This document shows, piece by piece, positions 22,959 through 36,961 of a stretch of 64,000 nucleotides of DNA. Each line of letters begins with the position of its first letter. Position 1 is the first letter of the stretch. The notes beneath the pieces are model-generated. The model saw only the letters and a program-made list of their open reading frames with translations. It searched no databases and was not told the DNA's origin. A program made the position numbers and the translations under genes. Location of the stretch: the NCBI GenBank assembly GCA_012295275.1, contig CM022679.1, positions 17,794,001 through 17,858,000 on the forward strand, read 5' to 3'. Origin of the DNA: Chrysomallon squamiferum. Taxonomy: Eukaryota > Animalia > Mollusca.

Positions 22959-25328
22959 TAAACCCTGTACATAAAAACTAAGATCATAGAAATGTGACGT
23001 TGCATTTCCTGTTGACTTTATCAAATGTATACGCCTACACGTCGCTTCGTTCTGTCAGACAGACGAGATGGTGTCCATCATGGATATCTTTAAAATCTTG
23101 AATATATGAATATTTAATTTGAACTAAACAACAAAGCGGTTATTGGGTGCCAAAAATCGAATTCTGTATAATAATCACATAAGGGGGAGGAAACCAGAAG
23201 ATTTCGCTTCTATAAGCTACTTTTACTAATTAGCAATATGAACCTTCATACAGTCAGAAAAACATCTACCATTGATTATCCATTCTTAAAGATGTGTTTT
23301 GTCTCTGCTGTAAAGAATTTGTACATTGTGTCAGGAAAACAATTTGCAGAGGCAAAGGAAAAACAAAAATTGTATAAAATATTTCAACCCAGTAAACGAC
23401 GTGATAGGAATTGTAACTGTTACCAAGACGCAGCAAACATAATTAAATCGAAATCCACCAGGTATGTTCGGAAAGAAAGAACTCATCACGCGGAAGCCAA
23501 TCAATACAGTTGTTTTTCATCAGTCCCTAAACTCGTGTGTGTCCAAAGGCAATGAATATGACATGCTATCTAGAAACACTACCAGTGTTTTCGTTTGATC
23601 ATTCTAATCAAACATTATCTTTCTCACAAATGATGTGGCGTGCTGTTAATTGAATTTTTTTTCCCCTGTGGTTACTGTACTTCATTGGTGTTGTTTACAA
23701 TAATTTCAAAATATTTCAAAAGCTTTTATTTTTATTGTTCAAGGCGTGGCGTTTCTGAAAGAAGATGGAGTAAGTTAAATTAACACTGAGACGTTTCTGG
23801 AAGGAAAAATATAAACTGTTCGAAACAATCGCACAAATGCTGATAGTCTTGAAAATTGTGGAAAAACAATAATAATTACATAAAATTGACGTAAGGTTTA
23901 AAAACAATATTAAAAACAATAATAATAAATAAAAAAAATTAATAATAATAAATAAATATTATTAATAAACCCGTAATAGGATAACATCAGTAGAAGTTTC
24001 TTTGTTTGACAGGAACAGAGTAGTGACTCATTATAAAATGACATAAGCATACAGCCCGGCATAGAATGTAAAAAAAATGGCAACGTTAAGACTCACCTCG
24101 GGATCTACTGTTCTAATTGGTTCACTCAACCTTATCATAGACTCCTTCACCTTTTCATTAAGGAAATATTCTATTTTAAGAAATATTCTCAGACAACTTT
24201 AGATGTTAGTATCAGGCCTAATAAACTCTTATGGTAATGCGAGATGAAATTACAGTGAAGTAATCAATCACACTAAAGCGTAGCATACAGTTTCGTCAAC
24301 AGATATTATTTCCTGTTGGAAACCAGTTGATTATTGCCTTTCTCACAGATTATTTTGAAGCTAGAAATAAATATATGTTGAAAGGTGAATACAGGATATA
24401 TGAAATGATTTTTCAGTTTTCTTTAAAAATTAATTCTCAAACAGCGTTGACGTTTACTCGTGTTACAGAATTTAAATTTAATAAATTATCTATAATGTCA
24501 ACAAAGTAAATTAATTTTTGAAACGGTGTTCGTTGTAAATTCTGGTTTTAGTTATTTACTTGATTTTTGAATGACTAAATAGACCAAATATTACAGTCGT
24601 TTATGTCTTTGTGCTATAAAAGGTTTCTAATGTTCTTTGATCAGGTTCATGTTAAGTAAAAGAATGATACCATGTGTTTGCCTTGATCGCAGATAAATTA
24701 TAAGAATATTGAAAAGTATCAGTCCGTTTGAAAACATTTGGTAATATGATGGGAACAAGGGACGATTTTAAACGCTGATCCTCATTTTGCCCATAAATAA
24801 ACTCGCATTGTTTGAATCCATCTAAACATATTCTAGACTTTGTTTGTGAAAATGTCATACTAAAAGTTTCATTTAATTATTGATATATAATTTTATGAGG
24901 TATATGCTGACATTGTGCATTTCGTATATAGCACATGTATCATAAATTCATTGAGTCGATCATTTTCATAACTGGAGATCTGCCGAATCACTTGCATGTT
25001 GTTCGTTAACCTAAATAATAAAACATTAAAATTTGATATGTAAATGTTTCGTTAAAAACGTCAAACTGATTGAAAGTCTTTTATTTGTCAGCTTTTCGGA
25101 ATTTTGGCCATCATTTTCAAAACCCGGTGCGACATCAAAATCTGTAGCTGTATATAAAATGCCGTTTTCAATTACTGTTTGCTTTTCTATGTATAATGTT
25201 TAACACAACGTATCAAATATATATGTATATATTATCTGTATTAATGATTACATAAATGTACACGACAGTTTTAAACATTTGGGTTCAGGTGTTATAAACT
25301 TGTGAATATTTACATATATATGTGGATA

Positions 25329-25408
<80 letters not shown>
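25329..25408. repeat. (TG)n-(TA)n-(CA)n self-complementary compound microsatellite
   Basis: Directly visible. Confidence 0.93.
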
Positions 25409-25411
<3 letters not shown>

Positions 25412-26081
25412 ATATTATGAATACATATTTTTCACTCATGTATTTGTTTTGATTTGTTACCATTATGTTTCATGACATATTATTCACACATATATATATA
25501 TATATATATATATTGAAAGCATATAAAGTAATTGTTTATATAATAATAATATATATATATATATATAGCGCTAAAACTGTAAATTTATTCCATATGTATC
25601 ATTGTATCATGTCTAACCATGTTATCATTTTACTTTCCAAGTCATAATGTATATTTTTATATTTTGGTCCCTTGTCTGTCGTACATACTGTAAAAAGTGA
25701 ATTAGCTGTGTTAACTCAACTATAATAAAATAAATGCTGTATATTTCAATATGTGCTCAAACATGAACAATTAATTTATTATTTTAGCTTTATAGCCAGT
25801 GTATAACGTTATTTCACATGTTAAAGGTGATGCTGGTAAAAACCTAATAATATATTTAAAGTTGAGTTCTCATTCTATTTTGAAACCAATGTACAGGCTC
25901 CGTCCCATTTTAAGAGTAGACTGCGAAACTAAAGAGTTTTAAAAACACGATGTTTAGGAAAAAGTTTAATGTATGATCCAGAGTGTTATAATTATATCTG
26001 GACTGTGTTTCTCAAATATCATGAGTTTAAACAGATTAGTTCACGGTTTTGTTTTTAAAATCAAGGCTGTAAATCTGCGTG

Positions 26082-26136
<55 letters not shown>

Positions 26137-27417
26137 GCAAATTTTTGATTATTTGATACATATAGCCTTAATATAAACTTCTTATTTTGTTATTGTTAAC
26201 AAGAATGATAAACATTAATTAAATATATTAATTAATTCGGAAATGAAATCAAAATATGTTCGTTTGTTTTTCAATAGCTAGATAAAACTCTTTCAGTATA
26301 GACTTGTTTTTCTAAAGAGTCATGTTAAAACATTTTTTATTTATTTTTTTTTATTTTTTTTTTTCTATACCTTTCTTAACTATATATATATATATATAAA
26401 TTGGCTGAAATTAAAATCGTTCCATTTCATCAAAAGGTTGGTACTCGTTTTGCACATGATGTTCATGCATTTTGTAATCTACTCATTACGGTACACATTC
26501 CTGATAATGTAAAGAATATGTGTCGCTTTCATCATGCTTAACATTTAAATAATTAATATCATATGAATTGGACCGGTAAACAAAAGACGGTGCGCAAAAT
26601 CATGGCAGGAAGCAAGCAATACAAAAGGGATCTATTTTGCAATATTAATTTTCACTGTCTAAATTCTCAAAACTGTATTATACAAAGCCTAATAGATAAA
26701 AGGTTTGTTTTAATGTAACCGTTCAATTATGTGCACGATTATGACTTACTGCACAGTTTCATTAAATGATTTATTCTTCCTAAACCGTTTGCTCAGCTAC
26801 AAACATTCCACTGTTATTCATTGTCGAACGTAAAACAATGAAAATATTTTTATATACTGCACGGTGCAGCAGTCTTCCTGATATAAATAATATATTAATT
26901 ATTACATCACAATACTGAATCACGTTTCTCGAGATCCACTGCCAAACGATTTTTTTTCTTCTTCTTTTCTTTTCTTGCTTTCAGTTAGGATTGCTATTTG
27001 TTTTGTTGTTGTTGTTTTGTTTTTTTTTTTTTTTGTTTTTTTTAGAACGGCTTTACTAAAACATTTTGATAAACCATTTGATATCGAGCCAACTTCAGCC
27101 TTTATTTATTTATTTATTTATTTATTTATTATTATTATTTTTATTATTATTATTCTGTACACAACAACTGGCCAGTTCCACTTTATCTTCACTTATACGA
27201 GATCATTGCTCATGCGCAGAGCGCATATCACGCTTACTCATCACAAGCCAGTTGAGCCATTGCGGGCGTTCCTTCCTGTTCTTAATCTTTACAGATAACA
27301 TTTTTTTTTATTATTATTATTCTTTTAATACAGTACAGAAAGATTAAAAAATAATTATAAGAAGAAAGCAAAAGAATTTATTTTTAAAAAAGAATATTTA
27401 TTTTTTTTACTGATTTT

Positions 27418-27449
<32 letters not shown>

Positions 27450-29074
27450 TTTTTCGAAATCCATTCAGAAGGGCCTCATATTTAACAAAGTAAAATTATA
27501 TACATTTATTTTAATTGTAGATTTTAACAAATAATTATTAGGTTCACATGGGCAGCTAATTAAGATATATTTTGTTATTTATTTATAATTTATTGCTGCT
27601 TATATGGTTCAGAAAATGTCCATTAGTTTTACTTCGCTATAAATAAAATAAAAGTTTTCTTCTTGATCTATGTTTTCTAGGTTTAAATCAGCTGATACGT
27701 ACAATCAAAACACTAGCTCAAGAAAGAAACATTAAAAATACTTCGTTCCCTTCTATTTTCTGCATTTCCTAATTAGTTACCTTTAGCATTGTTTATCTTG
27801 TGATATGCATTATAATATATATTGTTATAAGTGTTATAATAAACGATCTTGTCATTATAAATATGTACGTACATGAATCCAAAATACACACACATATGTT
27901 TATACATACATACGTACATCCATATACACACACCCATAAACATACATACAAACATATAGATTTAAATAAAACCACTATCACAGACACATATATTCTATAC
28001 TTAATTTACATATTTTAAATATATATATATTACATTGAAATATTTAATTAAGCTGTAACAATTCTGTGAAGGCTAGATTTGCATATTATTAATTCTAGAA
28101 GAATTATGATTATTTCATTTTACTCATGATGTGCATAAATCTGATATATATTTCAGTTAAAAAAAAGAAATAAATATTATTATTCTTTCAGTCGTTGTGT
28201 TTTCACTGATGATACTTCTATACAGTGTAACTGAAACAGCAAATGATAAAACAATAGAGGATTACAGAATAGTTTATTCCCAAAAGACCAACATTGGATT
28301 TATAACATTTCACAGTCAAACAAAATTTAAACAGAATTTTAAAATGTTGTGATGACTGCTGCCCATCGTCTTCAGTTTTGAAAGCCATCCCTCAACGTGA
28401 TTCGTAGTACTGGCACCATTTGTTTCGAAATGGTTCCAATGTTTTCTGGAGATTCAAACATTTGTTTGGTGACATAGTCGCAAACCTCAAAACTTGTGGA
28501 TCTTCTAGATCCGTTTTTTCTTCTGAATAAGTGTTCACTTTAATGACTATAGCGATTGAACCGTTCGGCCGTATCACTTAATCCCTTACTAATCCCTACA
28601 GATTGCGGGCACAGTGAGGATAAACCACTAAAACATGATATCGAGACTATCACATCTGTTTTTAGATAAACAGATAAATGGACAGTGAGTGTCGCAGATT
28701 GTGTTGTATGAAGAAAACACTGTACATGGCCGTAACTACACTGAGGCAAATGAGGGAAATTACTATTTTCAAAAAGAGTCTGGTTATGGCTATTGTGTAT
28801 CAGTTTCACTTGAGAGGTATGACGTCATAGTTAAAACATCTTAATCCACTTTATTACATTACCAAGAAAACACGTGTATTATTGTTTGTGGATGGACATG
28901 CATGCATGTGCGCTTTTCTCTTTTCCCGGATACAAATGAAAACTGTATCATCAGATAACTATTGATTTCTATTAACATAATTTACATAATTTATATGATA
29001 TATAAAATGAACTAAATTACTGTCAGAAAAATATTCATTATTGGAAAGTAATAGAGCCCGCGATTTCAGAAATA

Positions 29075-29077
<3 letters not shown>

Positions 29078-29168
<91 letters not shown>
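29078..29168. repeat. (GA)n microsatellite
   Basis: Directly visible. Confidence 0.97.
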
Positions 29169-29171
<3 letters not shown>

Positions 29172-31822
29172 GTATGTAGGTGTGTGTGTGTGTGTTTATA
29201 TATACATATATAGATCTCTAGATAAAAATCATTCACAAGCATACTAACTGAGATGTTATTTCTTTAAATTATGTAAAGAAAGTTCCCATTCAGATTAGGT
29301 TTCCATAAACAAGTTCGACTTCCATTTTATATTTTCTGGTTGGTCATTGTGGTTCTTGCTGTAAGCACGGTATATTTTGGTCGTCAGCCTTACATATAAA
29401 CGAGTAGTTTAGGTCGAAATATGTATAAAATAAAAATGTATATTCGCACATGTTATTCTGATGTACGACGCTATTATATTATATTTGTAACAACAGAGGA
29501 AAACAGTCGAAATATTTTTATTCGCATACATATACATACATATATACACGCGAACACACACAAACACATGTAGTCATGTATACACATACATAGGCAAAGT
29601 TGTTGTTATTTTCTATTTCGAAACCGAGCTTGTTCGGTGATAAACAAGAGATTTAATGTTACTTTGAACACATTATCAGACAGTGTATAGAAGTCAGTCC
29701 CTTGTGAGTCTGTCAGACACAGTGTATGATTTACTCACAGATACACCATCATTACAGTAAAAACAAACACAATAATTTATCTTTTTTCATCATGCTTTTC
29801 ATTTTCTCGAATTTACCACTGTGTCATTCTTTGTTAATCATATTTAAAACAATTTTAAATAATAATAATAAAATTACAAAACAAATTATAAAAAACAAAA
29901 TAATAAAAAACAAAAAATGCATTAATGAAATGTACTGGTAGTTAGAACAGATTTTAAAATAATGCCTCTATGTGTTTAAGTTATAGTGAACTACAGTATC
30001 AATCATAAAAGCGCGATGTTGCAATAGAAACTAAAATTACAGTATTGGTACTGATGGAAGCAACAAATATGCGCACAAATCAATATCACGTATTGATAAT
30101 TAGTACGTATTTATAAAATATACAAAGTAAAACAGAAATTAATGAATACTGATACATCAGTAATAAATAATCTTGATAATGGCACTAAATTATGTAAATG
30201 CTGAAAAGGATATTTATTTGCAAGTAGAATTTTAATTTAAGAAAGTGACGTTAAGATAATCCCACAATTAAAAGAAAACTGAAACATATATTTACTCCCT
30301 TTCTACAGACATTTTGACCACTGCATCTTATTCAGGTCTGCAATATTTTTTATTTAATATTATTATTTATGTTTTTAGGTTTAAACACTACTGAAATTTC
30401 AATATGTTGATATAATACATTTTTCGTTTGTTGTTTGTTTTATTTTTTCGTATCTATGTATCAATGCATACTTATAAAATCATTCTAATTTCATATATAG
30501 CAACAATCTTTTAATGTGCATATCTATCTGTCATTCCTTTATTATCTAGTCGAATGTATCTATCGTCTGTCAATATTTTTGTCTGTATTTCAGTGTGTCT
30601 GTTTATATTTATTTAAATTTTTCTATTTTTCTCTTAACTTTTTATTTTTCTCAATATATTTTTCTTACAAGCTATATATATATATATATCTACATCTATC
30701 TATCTATATATATTTTTAAAGAATTGTAATGATTCAGTAATCAATAAACTCGTCTACGATATTTTTATTTCAAGAAGTCAGTTTGTCTAGTTTCAGATAT
30801 AATCTATATATGTTCATTATAAATTAAAGAGAACTGAAAAATTAAAGAAATAAAATTTAAAAAGAAAAGAAAAAAGAGAAAAAAAGAAATAAAGAAGACA
30901 AGAAACAGAAAACTATTATAATAACATTGATAAACAAAAAATTATTAAAGATATTTTTAATAAACTAATAATCTTTTATAAGGTATAAAATTAAATACAT
31001 TAAAATAATACATATATTTTAAAACTTTACATATGTAAAATGAAGAAGGAAAAGAAAATACGTTAAAAATATATATTATTTTGATTTGGTATGTGTGAAG
31101 AACCATCAGACATATATATATCTTCAGTTGATGCTGATCTTATGCATTACATTACTGGGTGCTCTGAGAACAACTTGACATGTTACAAAACTGCAGTTGC
31201 ATATTGTTGGTTCTCCACTGTAATCTTACTACATTATATCAAGCGTGTGATCTAATATGGTACCATAGTATTGTAAACATGTGATGGGTTGTGTTTAATG
31301 GAGAGTTTAATTGTAGAGCTTTTCAATGTTAAGTTTCTTTTCACTGCTAATTCAAAGACATTTTTTTGTCTCTTATTGACTTTTTTGTCTTCTATGTTTG
31401 TAATTTCATAACTATGATATTATAAATTTTAAACAAACTGTAAAACATGTATAAGAAAGAATATTAATTTATTGATGGTGAAAATTAAAGGTATTACATC
31501 TATCTATCTATCTATAGATAGATAGGTAGATAGATAGATAGATACTAACACATACACAGGCACACACAAAATAATTTAATAAATAATACATACTTATTAT
31601 TAGTAAGTGTACTCTTCAACAGATATATAAATTTGTTTACTTCTTTCATAACTATTGACTGTTATTCATACTTGTACCGACTATATCTAACGATTTTTCT
31701 CACAAAGAAACTCATCAAACCTTTGCAATGAGATATCTCTAAAATCAAAGCGCAGAACCAGATTGTGGTGGTATACTAGTCATTTAATTATCTAAAGAGA
31801 TTATTCTGTTGAAATCTTAGTA

Positions 31823-32076
31823 CAGTGGTACCTCGACGTACTAGTTTTTGGAGTTACGAGCAGTCACCCGAGCGATTTTTTGCTTTGAGTTGCGAACGAA
31901 AATCCGAGTTCCGAGTTACAACACAACATCCGGCCAGCATCGCTGGGGGGCTGGAACTGATTTTTGGTATTTCAGTTAATTTGAGTTGGGAAAATTGATT
32001 TGATATACGAGCAAACTGAGATGCGAGCTTGGTCACGGAAAGAATTAAGCTCGTAAGTCAAGGTACCCATGCACTG
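31823..32076 (+). mobile_element. Tigger-derived MITE (~250 bp), same family as 2957-3596
   Basis: TA|cagtggtacctcgac ... gtcaaggtac[ccatg]cactg. Shares ttgctttgagttgcga..aaaatccga and gatttgatatacgagcaaa..gag....acggaa.gaattaa.ctcgtaagtcaag with the reverse complement of the 3-kb copy. Confidence 0.85.
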
Positions 32077-35000
32077 TCTAATTTCGTATTTCTATATTTT
32101 TAATCAGTTTGTTATTCTTTGTTTTGTTTTGAGGGATATATAATTTGTTTGTTATTCCTAGTTAATTATATTCATGTACATTTTCTGATTTATTTAGTTT
32201 TTTCACTATTTTAATGATAAAGAGTGAGTAAGGTTGCTAAAATGATAAACTGATAGTAATATATGCATGTACGTGTATTTTAAGTTACATATGTGTTAAT
32301 ATACGAGATAAGTAATGAGTAAGTGTTCGTTGAAGTTTGTTTTCCAAAGTCCCCTCCCTCTCTTGAGAAAAAAATAAATATAGAAGTTAATACACCTGTT
32401 TGTCTGAATTATCCATGTTCACTAAATTAATCCGATCAATAAATAAATCTTCTTGCATAACTATTAGCTGAAAAAGAAAACTAAGATTTCAATAAATGTA
32501 ACGATGTAAAATATAACTATTTTCTGTACCATTAACACACATCCTTGAAATGATTTAATAATTTAGTGAGGAGACTATTCTTATTTACATTTTTCTTTTT
32601 CTGTAATAATTGTTTTTGGAATTCTTCATTAATTGTTTAATATATACAATGTGTATGTTTGTGTGTGTGTGTGTTTGTGTAATTATATATATTAATTTAA
32701 CTGAAATTTTATAAATATTAACTTTATTTATAATTTAATGATATATTATATTAATTTTTTTGCATGAAAACTTGAAGCCACTGCTCAGTATTTTAAGTTT
32801 CAGTGTTGGACAATGAGCTATTATTTGTATGTTTTCCATGACAAGTCAGCAGTGATGTAGCGCTATAATGTTCAGACAGAACATCTGTTTGCATAATTTT
32901 TCAATCAATACATGGAGTCACTGCAGTGTAAGATAAAACAATTACTTCTGTCCATATATAGCCGTCTAGACATCTTAACTATTTCACACTATGTCACAAT
33001 GTTCCTGTCACTAGAGACGCAGGGAAGTCCTGACAAACAACTTCCTTACAGAGACTTCCATAGAAAATCAAATAAAGCCAAATTAAAAAAATGTATTTAG
33101 ATATTCTCTTACATGTCTGTTTTAATTAGGATTTTTTTGAAGAGAAAAAATATTGACTTTCACATAAAAAAAAACAATTTGTTTTTCTTACTAATATTCT
33201 TTGTTTCTAGTAAGTTATGGTAGTACAAATAACGTAATATGGATTAAGGTGGATCACAAACATTTTATATTCACGATGTTTAAATTATTATCTAACATAA
33301 GAAATAATTTTTGCTGGAATAAGAAAGCTGATACTGCTGTTACAATTGGTATTATTTTACGTGTCTGTAATTTTATTACTTAAATTCATCAGTGTGTAAG
33401 ACATTCGTCACAAACTCTGAAGGTACGTTTAGCCTTGAACGAGGCAGCAGAATGGCTGAGTAATTTTCATCTCGTGTCTGTGCTGCGTATCACATCTCAC
33501 ATGTTGAGCTGAACATCTTAGTGATGATTCCAAACAAGCCGGTGGCAGTTTTGTTAATGCACAAGGCGGCCGTCACATGATTTCGTCTTGTTTCCGGGTT
33601 TATTGCTGCTCTTTCAGTTATTCCTGAAATATTCCTAGGAGATAAAGGTCGTCTTTTCACTGACATTTCTTACTATGCTAAAACGTCACAGCTAACAACA
33701 GCACTGGCACTAACAGCTTTATGGTCTTATTCTTTCTTTGTTTCACTTTTTTCTTGTAATTATTTTTATGGTCAACAGGAACTTTAATGTTTAGATGAAA
33801 CGTTTCAAAACCTGTTTGCATCAAGTCTTTTACTGTATCCTACTAGAAAGTTGCAGTTAAAAAAAAAATAATAATAATAATAAAAATAACAGTGATGTGC
33901 TTGATCTTGTTTCGTTGCCTTACTATTATATAGATATTTAGTACACTATACTTTCAAAACTGAAATAAAAGTACTTTTAGTGACTTTTACAAAAATAACA
34001 TTGCCAGAATTTCATCAGTAGTATACGGTGAACATTAGACTTGAGTTTTAAGAAAAATACTGTGGCTTGTGAAAATGTTTTGGAACTTAGGCAGGTTTGG
34101 GAGAAAACCCAAAGTTATATCATTTGAAATAAAATGATTTTACGATATGTGGTACGAAGAACTAGGTCATATTATAGAAACACTGTCTTCTTCTGACAGT
34201 GTCATAAGTAATTTTGAAAATAGTTATTCAAGACAATACCTAAAACAGAAGAAAAAAAACGCAGACATAAGCAGCTATTCTTTTCTGTTCTTTTTCTTTC
34301 TTTTTTTTCATTTATCTAATATTCATAAGATTTTCTAATGTAGCAGTATGGGTATTTAGGTTTAACGCAGGCACTCCAGTGTTAGGCTAGTTCACATCAT
34401 ACCAGTACTCTTACATGAACACATTTATTTAAAGCTAATCGTATCTATAACCAATCAACAAAAACACCACAATAAAAGTATATCAAAGGAGACAAAAGAC
34501 AGTAAATTATTAACTATGTGAACTTTTGGATGTCATGAAGACTTATTACTATAAGATCTGACTGTCAAGTAGAGAATGAAGATAGAACATTGATGATAAA
34601 CGTAAACACTGAACCTTTACAACTACCAGCTGTTTGGCGTGACAAAGATAAGGTCACATATAGGAAATTGATCGTGTTTCAGAATATCAGTGTTATCTGA
34701 CTCTTGTTGAAAAATATTAGCATGTGAAGAAATATAAATTAAAGACACGTAAGCGAAAGCGCACACTGTCACACGTGAAATACTATAGTAATATTTCTGT
34801 TAAAGCACGGATTGTCAGTGCAAACGTCTTGCTTGTTTCAGACATACAAAGTTACGCACATACATATACACGTATGACACGTGCTGTCTGTAACACTCGA
34901 CCTTCACACATTTATAATTTCCCACGACATCTCTTAGTATAGATCCTTGGCCGAATTTGCACACCACTAGGGATGGGTTCGATGTTGTTATTATTAGTAG

Positions 35001-36756
35001 TAGTAGTAGTATCGTCGTTTTATGATTGTTATAGTTTCTTTCTTTGTAGTTTTCTTTTAAAATTATCATCATCATTATTATTGCTGTTTTTGTTATTATC
35101 ATCGTCACCATCATCATTATCATCATCTGTTATAACTGTTGCTATTGTTAGTATTATTTTTCATGTTGATACCCTTGTAATTGTTTACACAACTGCAACA
35201 ACAAAACCTACTACTACTACTACTACTGTTGTTGATGTCAGTGCTTTTATTTTTAGTTTTTGCTAACAACATAAATCTAACAAGCATTTCTCGACGCAGC
35301 TCTAAATCATCTTTCAATTTCTTAATTAATCAGTTATAACATATTCGTTTATTTAAAGTTACAGCCATTTATAGTCTGTATAGAATTCGGAAAGTATCTA
35401 AATAGATCAAAGGTTTTTTTTTACAGTGGTCTATTAGAAATCCGGCTAACTTTAAACATATTTTTAATTTAAGGTACTCTATATCATCTGTTTTGATTTC
35501 TCGACGGCCTTATCTGTCAAAAAGTAAAACTATATGATAACAAAATATATACTGAATAAAGCAGTCCAAAAAAAAAAAAAAAAAATCTTTTCATTTTCTT
35601 CACTGTGACCTTTACGTAATAACCGACATAACTGTGACAAAAATAGTTTGTACATGACAACTGATACGTTTAGTAGAATTTAAATTCTTCTTTAAAAAGC
35701 AGCTTGTCAAATAGATTTTGCGTCATCTGTTCCTTGGGGAGCTTTTTCGCAAATTACTTTCTACGGTAACCATTCCTATAAATGTATGGCGTTGGCTCCG
35801 TTTGGAATCCTGTCAGTGGCAGATATGCTGACTTTAATTAGCGCAAGCTCAGATTCATCTGCAGCCAACAGGAAGGCAATTAAAACTGTCGTCTGCTGTG
35901 CAATGCAATTCGTGACCTGTCCTTAATGTCACGTCCAAGCACCTGGGAGCACTCTGTTAATGATTAGAAAAATATCTTTCTTCAAATCCTTTAGCAGAAT
36001 AAAGTAAATTTGATTTTTTTGTTCTTATGGTAAGCTTAGTCGATTCTGTTCACTTGGAGCCACCGACACTTGTGTGTCTGTTAAAAACAAATAAAATATA
36101 TGGTTTGAGATTGATTTTGTTTAATCATAAAAAATAAGAGAAAGATTCCAAACAATTGTCACGGGGCTCAAACCTTGTATGTTTTATTAGGGCTTAGTCT
36201 AGGGTAACAAGGTGCTTTAATGGCCACCTAACAACGAATATAGACGCTAAATTGACAGCAATCTATATAAATCAATAAGTCTATCTAATAACTAGAGAAA
36301 TATACACAACACCAGTTAAGTTTCAAGTTAATTATTTAATTATGATATACAGGTGAATTGATAATAATACATTATACAATCATAAAAAAATACTTTTCAG
36401 TAATTTTGATTAATGGTACTAGAAAGGTCATATCATATGGGGAACCAAGACAAAATAAGAATCTGCACGGAGGACAGATTAATTTTAAACAAAAGTTATT
36501 GACACAGGCTAATTGCACATTACACCCTATCAAAATAAGCAAGACAGTTGCTTACCATACTCGTCTGTAAAGACAATATCATTCAAAAACATTTGGTTTC
36601 CCGGCCTGACTGAACTTTTGTCTTGACCGTTTCCTTCGATCTCGCTTACTTCTTTTTCTTCTGTTACTTCTCTTCCTTCGTTTTTCTTTTCGTTCTTAAT
36701 TACTAAAATGCAGCCCTTTTTATAATAACGCCATGGAGTTGAAAAATGAGCGGAAA

Positions 36757-36961
36757 CAATAAAAGGAGCGGATGTGATTTGAAGTAACAATTAAAGTTAC
36801 GCAATTTCCATTCCATCGCTTAAAAATAAAAAAGAAGATGTGAATTGAAGTAACAATTAAAGTTAGGCAATCTGAATTCCATCGCTTAAAATAAAAGGAG
36901 CGAATCTCTGATTGAAGTAACTAATTTGGTTACGCAATCTGAATTTCGTTAAAACAATAAA
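36757..36961. repeat. Three diverged tandem copies of a ~66-bp unit
   Basis: aataaaaggagcggatgtgatttgaagtaacaattaaagttacgcaat..attccatcgcttaaa is repeated at ~36758, ~36825 and ~36890. Confidence 0.85.

Noticed and set aside
28392-28809. ORFs in a GC-richer patch
   Set aside because: No recognisable domain and no coherent splice structure.
34945-34985. B-box-like GGTTCGAT
   Set aside because: No properly spaced A box or SINE body.
36757-36961. CRISPR-like repeat-spacer pattern (palindromic, ~66-bp period)
   Set aside because: The intervening segments are homologous to each other, so this is a plain tandem repeat.
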